Assembly (NCBI RefSeq): GCF_001194135.2
Contig: NC_068986.1
Span: 102,025,638-102,089,637, forward strand
Length of the DNA stretch: 64,000 bases
Reading direction: 5' to 3'
Origin: Octopus bimaculoides
Lineage: Eukaryota
In this document: positions 1-10,772 of the stretch, in pieces
How the letters are laid out: each line of letters opens with the position of its first letter
Numbering within the stretch: the stretch's first letter is position 1
Program-made: the position numbers and the translations under genes
Notes under the pieces: generated by a model
Databases searched by the model: none
The model's input: the letters and a program-made list of their open reading frames with translations, nothing else
Told to the model about the DNA's origin: nothing

Positions 1-1215
1 ATTTTTTCCTCTCTTTTGACGGCAGATAGAAACGACTATTTTTGCATAAAGTTATATCAAGTTATTTATTAATGTCACTCGCTCTCTCTCTCTCTCTTTC
101 TCCCTCTCCAGCCTCTCTCTCTCTGCACACACACACACATACACGCATATACACATATATATACACATATATATAGTTTAATGCTAGTTTGTTCTTGTAT
201 TTCACTAGACAATCATTAATATCATATACTTTAAAGTGTCTGGTTATTTGATACGTTTTTAATTCCTTATGGAATTTTATTATTAATCCTCGCCTATAAA
301 ATAAATAGTTCTTCATGAAATATTATTAGATTATATACTTGAAACCAATTTCATGCCACTCAGTAAAATAATATGATATTTTATTCTGTACCAAATTATT
401 AACAGTCCTAATATAAATATTGTGGGAATATTGACTTCACATGAACTATTAATGTTGCAGTAAAACATTAAATTAATTATTTACTTACATTTTTATTTAT
501 TTCTGTATTACTAGGTCTTACACAGTGTTCAATTACTTGCCTATGATTCATCTAATATACATACAAGAACACTGAATCCGTGAATTGATATCATCGTTCA
601 AAAATAAGTAAAAAGAGCGCTTTTATATCAGCGAAGATCAATCAATTTTGGTTTCTTAGATAATCACTAGAACACTAACTAAAGAAAAGTAATAGCCAGT
701 TCCACAGACACACTTATTTACATAGCTCTATATATTATTAAACGCGTAACGATGAAAGTGTACGTAGAGCCGGAGGTATTTCAAATCAGAATGTTAAGAG
801 ATTAAACTCAATATCATAAGGGATTGAGAAAGATGTTCTAAGGAAGTCACTAATCGTTAACCTTGAAAGTAAATCAATACTTCTACTTATATATATGTAT
901 CGAAAACGCTAAATTTAAATCTTAGCTGCTATTAGAAATGCATTTGGAATTGCCTCACAGATATTAGAGAAATTACCAAGCATGCTAGTGTGATCTACCT
1001 GTTTATCGATTTTTTTTAAAACTCAGTGTATTTCCAACTGTCTATCGATCTACTTATGGAACATCGCCTCACTTATGTTCTCTCTCTCCTCTCTCATCCA
1101 AAGACATACGCAAACACATGCACACATGCATATATGCATTTATCTATATTTGTGTGCATATATATCTACATTCATAGTACACATACACACACATACACAC
1201 ACACACACACACACG

Positions 1216-1277
<62 letters not shown>

Positions 1278-1515
1278 CTTATATGTAGAAAATCATATAC
1301 ACTTTAATACACATACTTTCATATATATACNNNNNNNNNNNNNNNNNNNNNNNNNNNNNNNNNNNNNNNNNNNNNNNNNNNNNNNNNNNNNNNNNNNNNN
1401 NNNNNNNNNNNNNNNNNNNNNNNNNNNNNNNNNNNNNNNNNNNTATATATATATATATATATATGTACATATATATATGTACATAAATAGAAAATGAAAG
1501 ACGGAGGATGGAATA

Positions 1516-2340
1516 TATGAGAATTTATTAATCACGACAATTATTTCGACAAATCTAAACATGGGTACCTACTAAGAAAAGTATTCATATCTACAAGGAA
1601 CACACCGACTAACAAACACCTGACCATATTTGAGGAGAAGAATTATAATTTATGGTTAAGAACGTGAAGTTCAGGAAGTACTCGAGAAGGTGTAATGTAT
1701 ATCAACAAAATATCGGAAAATTACTTGTCAACTTCAAAATGCTCCGGGGATATTTGTACCACCGAAAAAACTAGTAACATATATTTTTGATATTGAACTA
1801 TATAAATCTATGATTAGCTAGGGATTACGCAGCCAATATAGACACGCTAGTTACAACGCATTGAAGAAAATTAACAATACAGGGCTACCAATCCTTAGAG
1901 ATTTAACTATAGATGATAGAAACGAGCCATATGTCCCCCGAAAACGCCGGATTATGCTTAAGGACCCTAATCTAAATTTCTTATCGACCACTCAGATTGA
2001 TTTTTCTTTCTAAATCCGATATAATCATTGATAGGTTAATACCCGTCCTTAAGTTTAAATTAATAAGAATAATAAATTCTTGCAACTATATATATATCTA
2101 TTATGCTACTATTAACGCGATCGTTCTTAATCAAGACCTGATTTATTGTATGAAAAGTTCTGATTTGTCATGATGCGAAATAGATATACTTGCCGTGCGA
2201 GCCACTCCAGTAGATTTTGATGGCAGATTATGGAGTAGATTAGATAAGGAGAACGTATTTGATATATCGATGGGCTAATGCTATTCTGCTCAGGTCACTG
2301 ACCTAGTCGGAATATTTATCCTTTCATTAATCCAGTCATC
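1516..2340 (+). mobile_element. Degraded Penelope-like element (PLE) reverse transcriptase relic
   Basis: Frame at 2258-2323 reads FDISMG*CYSAQVTDLVGIFIL, resembling the PLE RT motif FDVTMGSxDGAEVCELVGLFIL; it is preceded by LWSRLDKENV. Upstream frame 1696-2010 has only 1 stop in 105 codons. Confidence 0.55.
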
Positions 2341-2917
2341 GTTTCGGAAGTATTAAGGGCCCTATATGCAGATTACACCTTATATATATATATATATATA
2401 TATNNNNNNNNNNNNNNNNNNNNNNNNNNNNNNNNNNNNNNNNNNNNNNNNNNNNNNNNNNNNNNNNNNNNNNNNNNNNNNNNNNNNNNNNNNNNNNNNN
2501 NNNNNNNNNNNNNNNNNNNNNNNNNNNNNNNNNNNNNNNNNNNNNNNNNNNNNNNNNNNNNNNNNNNNNNNNNNNNNNNNNNNNNNNNNNNNNNNNNNNN
2601 NNNNNNNNNNNNNNNNNNNNNNNNNNNNNNNNNNNNNNNNNNNNNNNNNNNNNNNNNNNNNNNNNNNNNNNNNNNNNNNNNNNNNNNNNNNNNNNNNNNN
2701 NNNNNNNNNNNNNNNNNNNNNNNNNNNNNNNNNNNNNNNNNNNNNNNNNNNNNNNNNNNNNNNNNNNNNNNNNNNNNNNNNNNNNNNNNNNNNNNNNNNN
2801 NNNNNNNNNNNNNNNNNNNNNNNNNNNNNNNNNNNNNNNNNNNNNNNNNNNNNNNNNNNNNNNNNNNNNNAGGAATCCACCTTGGCGGCTGTTCCTCTTC
2901 TCTCTATATATATATAT

Positions 2918-2961
<44 letters not shown>

Positions 2962-2962
<1 letters not shown>

Positions 2963-3415
2963 AGAGGAATAGCCACCAAGGTGGATTCCTAATATGCTAG
3001 GAGAAGACGCTATAATGCCTTACCACAAAGAATCTGTTGTCAAAATATTTTAGTAAACCCCAGAAGGTATGTGAGCAAGACAAATGGAAGGAGACAAGAT
3101 AGAGCACATAACTCCATAACTTAAGATTTCGCTACCAACTACCACTAACGTGATCATCTGTAGCTCTCCGTGAAGTCGTTGCAGGACACATAATCAGCAG
3201 AAACAGATACAAAATGTCCCCACGAAAGAGAACATGAGTAAAGCTCCGTGAATAATGTATCAAAAATCTCTGTCCACATGTCTTCATGCTGGCGCGCCAT
3301 CCCGGAAAGAACTCTGCGGTTAATAAAGTTCCGTAGCGAGCATATACTTCGTGGCAAGGCGTTTAAGTGTCGTATTCTAGCACATTAGGAATCAACCATA
3401 GTCGCTATTCCTCTT
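2962..3415. mobile_element. MITE-like element with 39-bp terminal inverted repeats
   Basis: Left TIR AAGAGGAATAGCCACCAAGGTGGATTCCTAATATGCTAG (2962-3000) matches the reverse complement of 3377-3415 at 34/39. Further TIR copies at 2871-2900 and 3648-3686. Confidence 0.75.
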
Positions 3416-3506
3416 ATTTATATATGTAATATAATTCATAGTCCTCGAATATATATATTTTAAGTATACTAGCCACTGGTTTAAATTTTTACCCCATTAT
3501 TTAACT

Positions 3507-3553
<47 letters not shown>

Positions 3554-3964
3554 TATTAATGAGGGTAGAAATTGATATTGATTAATTAAAACCATTTGTC
3601 TAGCATATTAAAAATCCGAAGATTAAAATTATATTACATACAAGAATAAGAGGAATGACCAGCAAATGTGGATTCCTGAATGCTAGAAATAGATGCCGAA
3701 TCATCCAACCACGAAAAAGTATGTTCTCAGTAGAAAAATCAGCGACACAACAGACTGTAAATGAGTAAGACAAATGAAAAGATACTAAACACGATTAATT
3801 TACGTACCATGGTTTCACCTGTAAAACATTTACATAAGTAAATATCTGCGGGATCATCAGCGTAAATCTGTCTCTTTTTAGAATGTAACACACCGAGCTA
3901 GACACAAGCCATCCACCCTTAGGTGAACACGTGTAGAGCTCTCTGAATTATATGTATATATATA

Positions 3965-4374
3965 GGGCTCAAGAGATATTTAAAGAAAAATGTAAAGACT
4001 GAGAAGGTGAATGACAAAGACCTTTTTGTGTGCACAGTCTGTGACAGACCATGTCTGTCCTTGGCTGGTCTCAAATCTCACCTGCGAACCCAGGGAAAAC
4101 AAACCTCATCCAGCTATTCTGATTATATGTCTGTGCACACGTTTGAATGTGGTGTGTGCCAGAGGGTTTGCAAATCCAATGGGGGTCTTAAAAGACATGT
4201 TAGGATCCACAATGAGCAGAACTTACTTGCAGGTATTGGTAGTGCAAATCAGAGGTGCAATCTGTGTGGGTGTTTTTTCAAAACACTGTCTGGTTTAAAA
4301 AGCCACATCAGACGCCGTGAAAGGGCTAAGGTGTAGGTGCAGGAGGTGGTCAAACTCTGCTTAAGGAGTAGACA
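3965..4374 (+). mobile_element. 5'-truncated RTE-like LINE 3' end encoding three C2H2-type zinc-finger motifs
   Basis: Open frame GLKRYLKKNVKTEKV...CTVCDRPCLSLAGLKSHLRT...CGVCQRVCKSNGGLKRHVRIH...CNLCGCFFKTLSGLKSHIRR, stop at 4334-4336. About 38 nt of 3' UTR then a gap/microsatellite; (TA)n on both sides. Resembles the CxxCxRxCxSxxGLxSHxR terminus of RTE ORFs. Confidence 0.6.
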
Positions 4375-5691
4375 NNNNNNNNNNNNNNNNNNNNNNNNNN
4401 NNNNNNNNNNNNNNNNNNNNNATATATATATACATATATCCGACTTTGTTGGAAGACAGGTATAGAGAGGGCGCGGGCCGAGATTATGTGCCCTTCCCTC
4501 TGTTATCAGTTGACGCTTACATTGTGTTATATAATACTTAGCTGGCGCTGGCTGCTCGAGCCTAGCGGCGAGTATTTGAAAGGGAAAAGTCATCAGAGTG
4601 GTCATTCGCCTATTGGCTTACGTTGACGCTTCATCGATGAAACCAAATAAAAAGGGCCAAGGAAAAATAGAAAATAACGCATTCAACACCACAGCTGAAG
4701 ACACCTCTGTAGGGCCGAAACCGGACGTGGTTCCTCCTGATGATGTCCTTAGACACTGGATCCTGTAAATGAGCTGTTCATGTAGCGAACCACGAAACGT
4801 AGTTTCAGTGGCGATAACGATCCTTAATAATTTTGACGGAATGAAGTCTACTATGCAAACGATCCTGAGATGTAGTGTATGGTTGGTGTACGGGTGAAAG
4901 TCTGGGCATTGTGTGAACATTAGAAAAATGCCCAGATCTGGATTTTTCTGGGAGTTTGAAGAATGCCATGAAGAGTAAGGTTAAGGTTAACAATAGAGAT
5001 GAATAAGCAATACACAAAATAACAAGGGAGGTGAATAAAAGACTTTTACCGTATCTTCGTAAAGAAGAAGAGGAGTGTATTAGTCTGGATCAAATACAGA
5101 GATATGACATCTCAAGTTTTTAAATTAGAGCAGGTTTCTGTACTAATTGAGGATGGTTTGTGGGAAAAGTGGGCGGAATAGTGAGCAAATAAAGAAAATA
5201 AATGATTTTACTAATGAAATAAATGAAAACAAACTGGGTGGTTTTTATGTTGATGATAATTATAGTTGCCACCATTACCATCTTCGAAACCAGCATCGTC
5301 AACGTCGTCTGCAGCATCATCATCATCATCATTATTATCCAAAGTTAAATCTTGAACGATTGGATGTAATATGAATTTTATGAAAATATGTTTTCATGAG
5401 AATAAAAAAAGCGATTTAAATTACGGAAAATCAATAATAAATAAACACATTTCAATTAAAATTTTAAAGTATATTTTAATTGCAAAATAATAAAATTATA
5501 AAGGAAATTGCTCACTTGGTAATTAGAGGCTAAAATGAGATATACAGCTATTTTGAGAAAGATGATTGGAGGAGTAACAAAACTGACATGGGTGGTTAAA
5601 ATATACGATTAAATTAACATGGAAGAAATGGTATGTGTTTCTCACTTCCGATATATTAGCTTTTAAAATACTTAGATGTACAGAGACTTAC

Positions 5692-5762
5692 CTGTGTATA
5701 TATGATAGTAATGTTTGTAACAGCAAGAAATTTAAAACTCCGGAGGCAGAAAGAACTATGAG
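5692..5762 (-). CDS. Candidate 71-nt internal exon, host gene unknown
   Basis: Minus strand: acceptor CCACTTATTCTCACCTTACAG and perfect donor CAG|GTAAGT; open frame LIVLSASGVLNFLLLQTLLSYIH. No partner exon found. Confidence 0.25.
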
Positions 5763-6220
5763 CTGTAAGGTGAGAATAAGTGGATTTAAATATGCGATGA
5801 AAATATAACCTTAGGTGATGGGAGAGAGTAAATTGGGAATTAGAAGTGTTTAATTAAGTGCAAACTATACTGGAAAGAACTATTTAATTTAGAAAATTAG
5901 ATTACATATGTCTGAAGCTGTGCGGGGTAAAGTGTACTATTAAGGTATTTAGGAAAATACATAGTAATGAAAAAAAAGATGACCTGTTTCTAATAGATTT
6001 GTATATAGAATCAAAGTTCATTTATTAGGTACATATATGTGGATTGTGTTTGTGTATGTTTTGGTATGTATATGTATATGTGTACGTGTGCATATGTGTG
6101 TATGTGCGCATAGTGACCGAAAATTTAAACACATACTGTATAATGATAATGTCAGTTTTTGATAAAAAAATTGAATTTCAAAATTTAATAGAATTTATAT
6201 AGAGATGTTACATTTTCTAG

Positions 6221-6324
6221 CAAAGCCCGTTTTTCGATTCATGGCCACTCTGGTCCAGCCATTGACGATAATTTGAAGCAACTGAAACTCAAACAACAAA
6301 AGACGGTTCGTCAATATTTTGCAG
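6221..6324 (+). CDS. Candidate internal exon, host gene unknown
   Basis: Acceptor TTACATTTTCTAG, donor GCAG|GTAAAA, open frame KARFSIHGHSGPAIDDNLKQLKLKQQKTVRQYFA; GC higher than flanks. Confidence 0.35.
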
Positions 6325-6599
6325 GTAAAAATTTATCAATTAAGGATTCCCATAAAATAAAGTATAGTGGTGTGAGATTCAGAAAACGCAGAGATTTTTT
6401 ACCCTGTTCCTCTTTATCCCAACTACCTGTTTTTCGAAATCTTTTCATAGTAGGCCCTTACGTTACTATGGTAGCGAGGTCCGTGTGTAATACTGCTGGC
6501 AATAAATCTCCGCATCTTTAAGGACCTCTTAAATGCCTCTCATGAAACACTGTCGCAGTAAAAGTGGGCAGTCAGAGTAGTGTTACCAATAAATGTTCC

Positions 6600-7000
6600 A
6601 ATTAATTATTTTGGTTTTAAACCTCATCATATTGCAACACCTTCACTGCATATTCAACTCTCCTAACTGTGTAATGATGGCGGACATGTAATATCTATTC
6701 TTAATATACTCACATCACTTCAACATATATGTGTTGGAAAGTGGGTATCTTCTACATATAATCCCCACTACTTCTCACAATATTCCACCCATCTATCCGG
6801 ACGGTCTTCTTTCGGAAAATGAATTATTTTTTGCGAGCTAAACAATTCAAACCATGATAGAAATTTTGTAATTCCTGTTTCCTGTCTCGCTTGAAGTGGA
6901 AATGTTCTCGAGGTATGCCAAAATGTTTTACATTGTGACGCTCGTCGAATACCGCGGTTTTCGGGAATGATTGTTGAGGACAACCTGATCAGTTGTATTT
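6600..7000 (-). mobile_element. Possible highly decayed mariner transposase N-terminal fragment
   Basis: WFELFSSQKIIHFPKEDRPDRWVEY loosely matches mariner WFxxFxSG....EDxPRSGRPxE; many stops. Confidence 0.3.
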
Positions 7001-7336
7001 TGTTCAAAGTTAACACAAATTAATACTGATGTTGAGTCACGCATGTAGTTCTGCTTGAAAACCCTACACAAAAGTGCCTCTTCACTTCAATTGCAATATA
7101 GAATACGTCTATGTATTGAAATCGTAGCCTGCATTTCTTCTCGAATTGTTATGGGTGAATTCTAAATACAAAGAAAAAATTAGGTATCAACGGTTTTATA
7201 TGTGTACCACTTTCACGGGCATCGTATAACACATATCGTCGTGCCTATACTTTTAACCGCTTTGTAGATGCGAAACTGATGTCCACTCTATGACTGGGCA
7301 TAACATTTAACTTCGTAAAACACACACAGACACACA

Positions 7337-8328
7337 TGAGGCTCCGCTGAAAAGTTCATAGGCTGTGCGAAACATTGTCATAGGATGCGATCAAATGTGG
7401 CATTTATTTTTTAACATAATTCTCTCTGTGGTCCACACACTTCTTCCATCGGTATTGCAGTGCTTGGATTCCATTGGTGTAGGAGCTGCTTTCACCCTGT
7501 AGGTCAAAAAAATTATCAACAGCAGGTATGATGTCATCATCACTGCAACTCCACTTCTCGGTAAAATAATGTTCCATGTTGGGACACAAATGTGTGTCAG
7601 GTTGGGCTAAATAGAGAAACTAGATAAGGTAGTCAACCAATACAAAGCCACAGTCATGCACAGTAGTCGTTAAAACCAAGGACCTGTGTACTGGAGTATT
7701 GTCCTGAAGAAACTAAACAACTTTTATCAAATTTTCCTGGTCTTAAGGTTTTGATAGCTTTTTGTAACTACGTCAGTGAGTTTAAATATTACATTCCATT
7801 AATTGTGTGACTCTTGAAGACAGTCAATAAACAGAATGCCTTTTATATCAAAAATACTGAGGCCATTACCTTCCCTGCAGATACAATGACCTTGGCTTTC
7901 TTTAGAGCAGATAAGACAGTTGTTTCCAGTGAATGAATTTTTCTTTTGACTTTGGCACAATGTGATGAACCCAGCACTCATTTTGGATTAAGAAATGTAA
8001 AAGGATACCAACTGCCAACTATTTCTGCCTCAACAATGATAGATTTTGCTGTGATGTGATCAGCGTGGTTCCCTTTTGCTCAGGTATCAGAGAACGTGGC
8101 TGCCACCAAACAGAAATCTTTGTAATACCAAGTTCACTGTCCAGAATATCTTCAATTTTTTCACGAGATATACCAAAAGCATTGGGTATCCGATTATAAT
8201 CAAAAGTGTGCGATCCATTACCATGTAGTGAACAAGATCATTGAGTTTTTCGGTGATGAAAGTTGCAGGATATCCAGACCTTCAGTCACCTTCAACACTT
8301 TCCTATCCCATCCAAAATTCAGCTGCCC

Positions 8329-8330
<2 letters not shown>
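7337..8330 (-). mobile_element. Decayed mariner (Tc1/mariner) transposon, 5'-truncated
   Basis: Recognisable transposase remnants in order: WAAEF..G.ESVEGD.RSG.PA, WWQPRSL (WVPxxL), ECWVHH, FDIKGILFIDCLQ, QDNTPVHRS, decayed YSPDLAPSD region, GIQALQYRWKKCVDHRENYVKK. TIR-like end TGAGGCTCCGCTGAAAAGTTCATAGGCT at 7337. Confidence 0.9.
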
Positions 8331-8366
<36 letters not shown>

Positions 8367-8500
8367 TAATACAGGGTATCAAGAGATACCACCACGCTGA
8401 AAAAATAACAGTCAAAACCTGACTCCAAAACCACAATAAATGTCCGCAAGGCACGATTAGCGAAGACGAAGACCAAATAAACCAGTAAAATAATAAGATA

Positions 8501-8556
8501 ATTTCAAATCCTGAATTTCTGGCTTTGCATAAATGCTCTGCCTTCATCAGTGAAAT
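8501..8556 (-). ncRNA. Type I hammerhead-ribozyme-like motif (PLE terminal-repeat type)
   Basis: Minus strand AUUUCA-CUGAUGA-A-GGC...GCC-A-GAAA-UUC-A-GGA-UU-UGAAAU: perfect 6-bp stem I, intact core, stem II, short stem III, AUU triplet. A.A mismatch at the base of stem II. Confidence 0.65.
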
Positions 8557-9233
8557 ATACTCAAGTACATAAATACAAATACATGCATATAAACAGTATA
8601 CTTACANNNNNNNNNNNNNNNNNNNNNNNNNNNNNNNNNNNNNNNNNNNNNNNNNNNNNNNNNNNNNNNNNNNNNNNNNNNNNNNNNNNNNNNNNNNNNN
8701 NNNNNNNNNNNNNNNNNNNNNNNNNNNNNNNNNNNNNNNNNNNNNNNNNNNNNNNNNNNNNNNNNNNNNNNNNNNNNNNNNNNNNNNNNNNNNNNNNNNN
8801 NNNNNNNNNNNNNNNNNNNNNNNNNNNNNNNNNNNNNNNNNNNNNNNNNNNNNNNNNNNNNNNNNNNNNNNNNNNNNNNNNNNNNNNNNNNNNNNNNNNN
8901 NNNNNNNNNNNNNNNNNNNNNNNNNNNNNNNNNNNNNNNNNNNNNNNNNNNNNNNNNNNNNNNNNNNNNNNNNNNNNNNNNNNNNNNNNNNNNNNNNNNN
9001 NNNNNNNNNNNNNNNNNNNNNNNNNNNNNNNNNNNNNNNNNNNNNNNNNNNNNNNNNNNNNNNNNNNNNNNNNNNNNNNNNNNNNNNNNNNNNNNNNNNN
9101 NNNNNNNNNNNNNNNNNNNNNNNNNNNNNNNNNNNNNNNNNNNNNNNNNNNNNNNNNNNNNNNNNNNNNNNNNNNNNNNNNNNNNNNNNNNNNNNNNTAT
9201 ATATATATATATATATATAAATATATATATATA

Positions 9234-9385
9234 TACGACAGGCTTCTTTCACTTTCCGTCAACGAGTTGTCTTAGGTCAACTCGAGGTTATAGAAGAAAA
9301 CACTTGCCTAAGGTGTCACGGAGTGGGACTTAATCCGGAACCATGTGGTTGATATCCAAGCTACTTACTTCAGAGCCACTCCTGC
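9234..9385 (-). mobile_element. tRNA-headed SINE family A, 5' half
   Basis: Reverse complement GCAGGAGTGGCTCTGAAGTAAGTAGC...GGTTCCGGATTAAGTCCCACTCCGTGACACCTTAGGCAAGTG matches the 42912 copy. Confidence 0.85.
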
Positions 9386-9509
9386 AAAAGGAAGTTAGAG
9401 AAATAGATATATGTAGATATAGGGACATAGACAGATAGAAAGACAGAGACGTAGAGAAGCAGACAAACAGTCGGACAATCAAATGAATAGACAGCAAACA
9501 GATAAATAA

Positions 9510-9510
<1 letters not shown>

Positions 9511-9591
<81 letters not shown>
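9511..9591. repeat. (GATA)n microsatellite
   Basis: About 20 perfect GATA units. Confidence 0.97.
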
Positions 9592-10420
9592 CGGTGGATG
9601 CATACACACTTACATACATACATACATACGTACATACATACACATATACAAACATAAGATTCCTTTTGAACGATGATGCAGTATTCTTTTAAAGTTTTCC
9701 CATTACTCTATGTAGCAATATCTGTGAACATTTGAACATTTCAATGTCTTGAATGCGTGCACATACTTGGAGACTTGGCTTCTAATATAGGTGTTAGTCT
9801 ATGTATCCGTTTGAAAGAATCTATATTACTCAGGAGAACTTATGTTAAATAAGATTTCGTAGCAAAGCATCTCGCAAGAATAACTTAGTAATTCAGTTTA
9901 GTTTGAATTTCTAGAAGTCAAACTTACAGGAGATTAATTAAGAAAGTTACTTTGAAGCCAAACGGGCCTGGATAATTTCTATGCGACGTGATGTAGTGAA
10001 TCTTAATTTATGTCAATAATGCACACTAAATGCTTTAAATCTATTCTCAAGTGAACGGACAACATTTAAAAAAAGTAGCATTATAGGATAGCATATCCTC
10101 GTTAGATGAAGAAGTGAGTCTCAAATCGCTTAAGTGCTCTTTTCATTGACATGAAAAATCCCACTTAACAATAACGTTCGTAAAAAAACGAATAAATCAT
10201 CAAATACACAACAAAATATTTTTAAAAACTAGACAAAGTTCCATGAGAGGGTATTTAAAATAACCAACGTTGAAAGACAAAAAAACGGTATTAGAAATGT
10301 TTAATGTTTGCAACAAAATTAAAACTAATGCAGTAAAATGTGTCAAAGTATTACGGAGAAAGAAAAATGTTGGAATGAAATGGCATGCTTACTGAAAGAA
10401 ATAATAATCTATTTTTTTAT

Positions 10421-10772
10421 CTTTCTTTTAGCTATTTCACTCATTAGAGTGCGGCTATGCTGTGGCATGGTCTTCAATATTTAAATGTATCTGTTTCTTT
10501 TGACAGTTTGCTACGTTACGTAGACTTAAACACACCAAAACCGGTTGTCAGGTGGTGGTAGTGAGGACAAACACAAGCACACACGCACATATATATGTAA
10601 TTATATATACCACTAGATTCTTCCAGTTTCCGTCTACCAAATCCACTCAGAAGGCTGTGGTCGGACTGAGACTATTGTAGAAGACACCTGGCGAAGGTGT
10701 CACGCAGTGCCTCTGAACTCGGAACTATGTGATTGGGAAGCAAGTTTCTTCACAAACAGCCACTCATGCGCC
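10421..10772 (-). mobile_element. tRNA-headed SINE family A, near full length, diverged
   Basis: Head GGCGCATGAGTGGCTGTTTG, GTGGATTTGGTAGACGGAAACTG core, internal TG tract and 3' tail shared with copies at 15306, 36174 and 42912. Confidence 0.85.
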
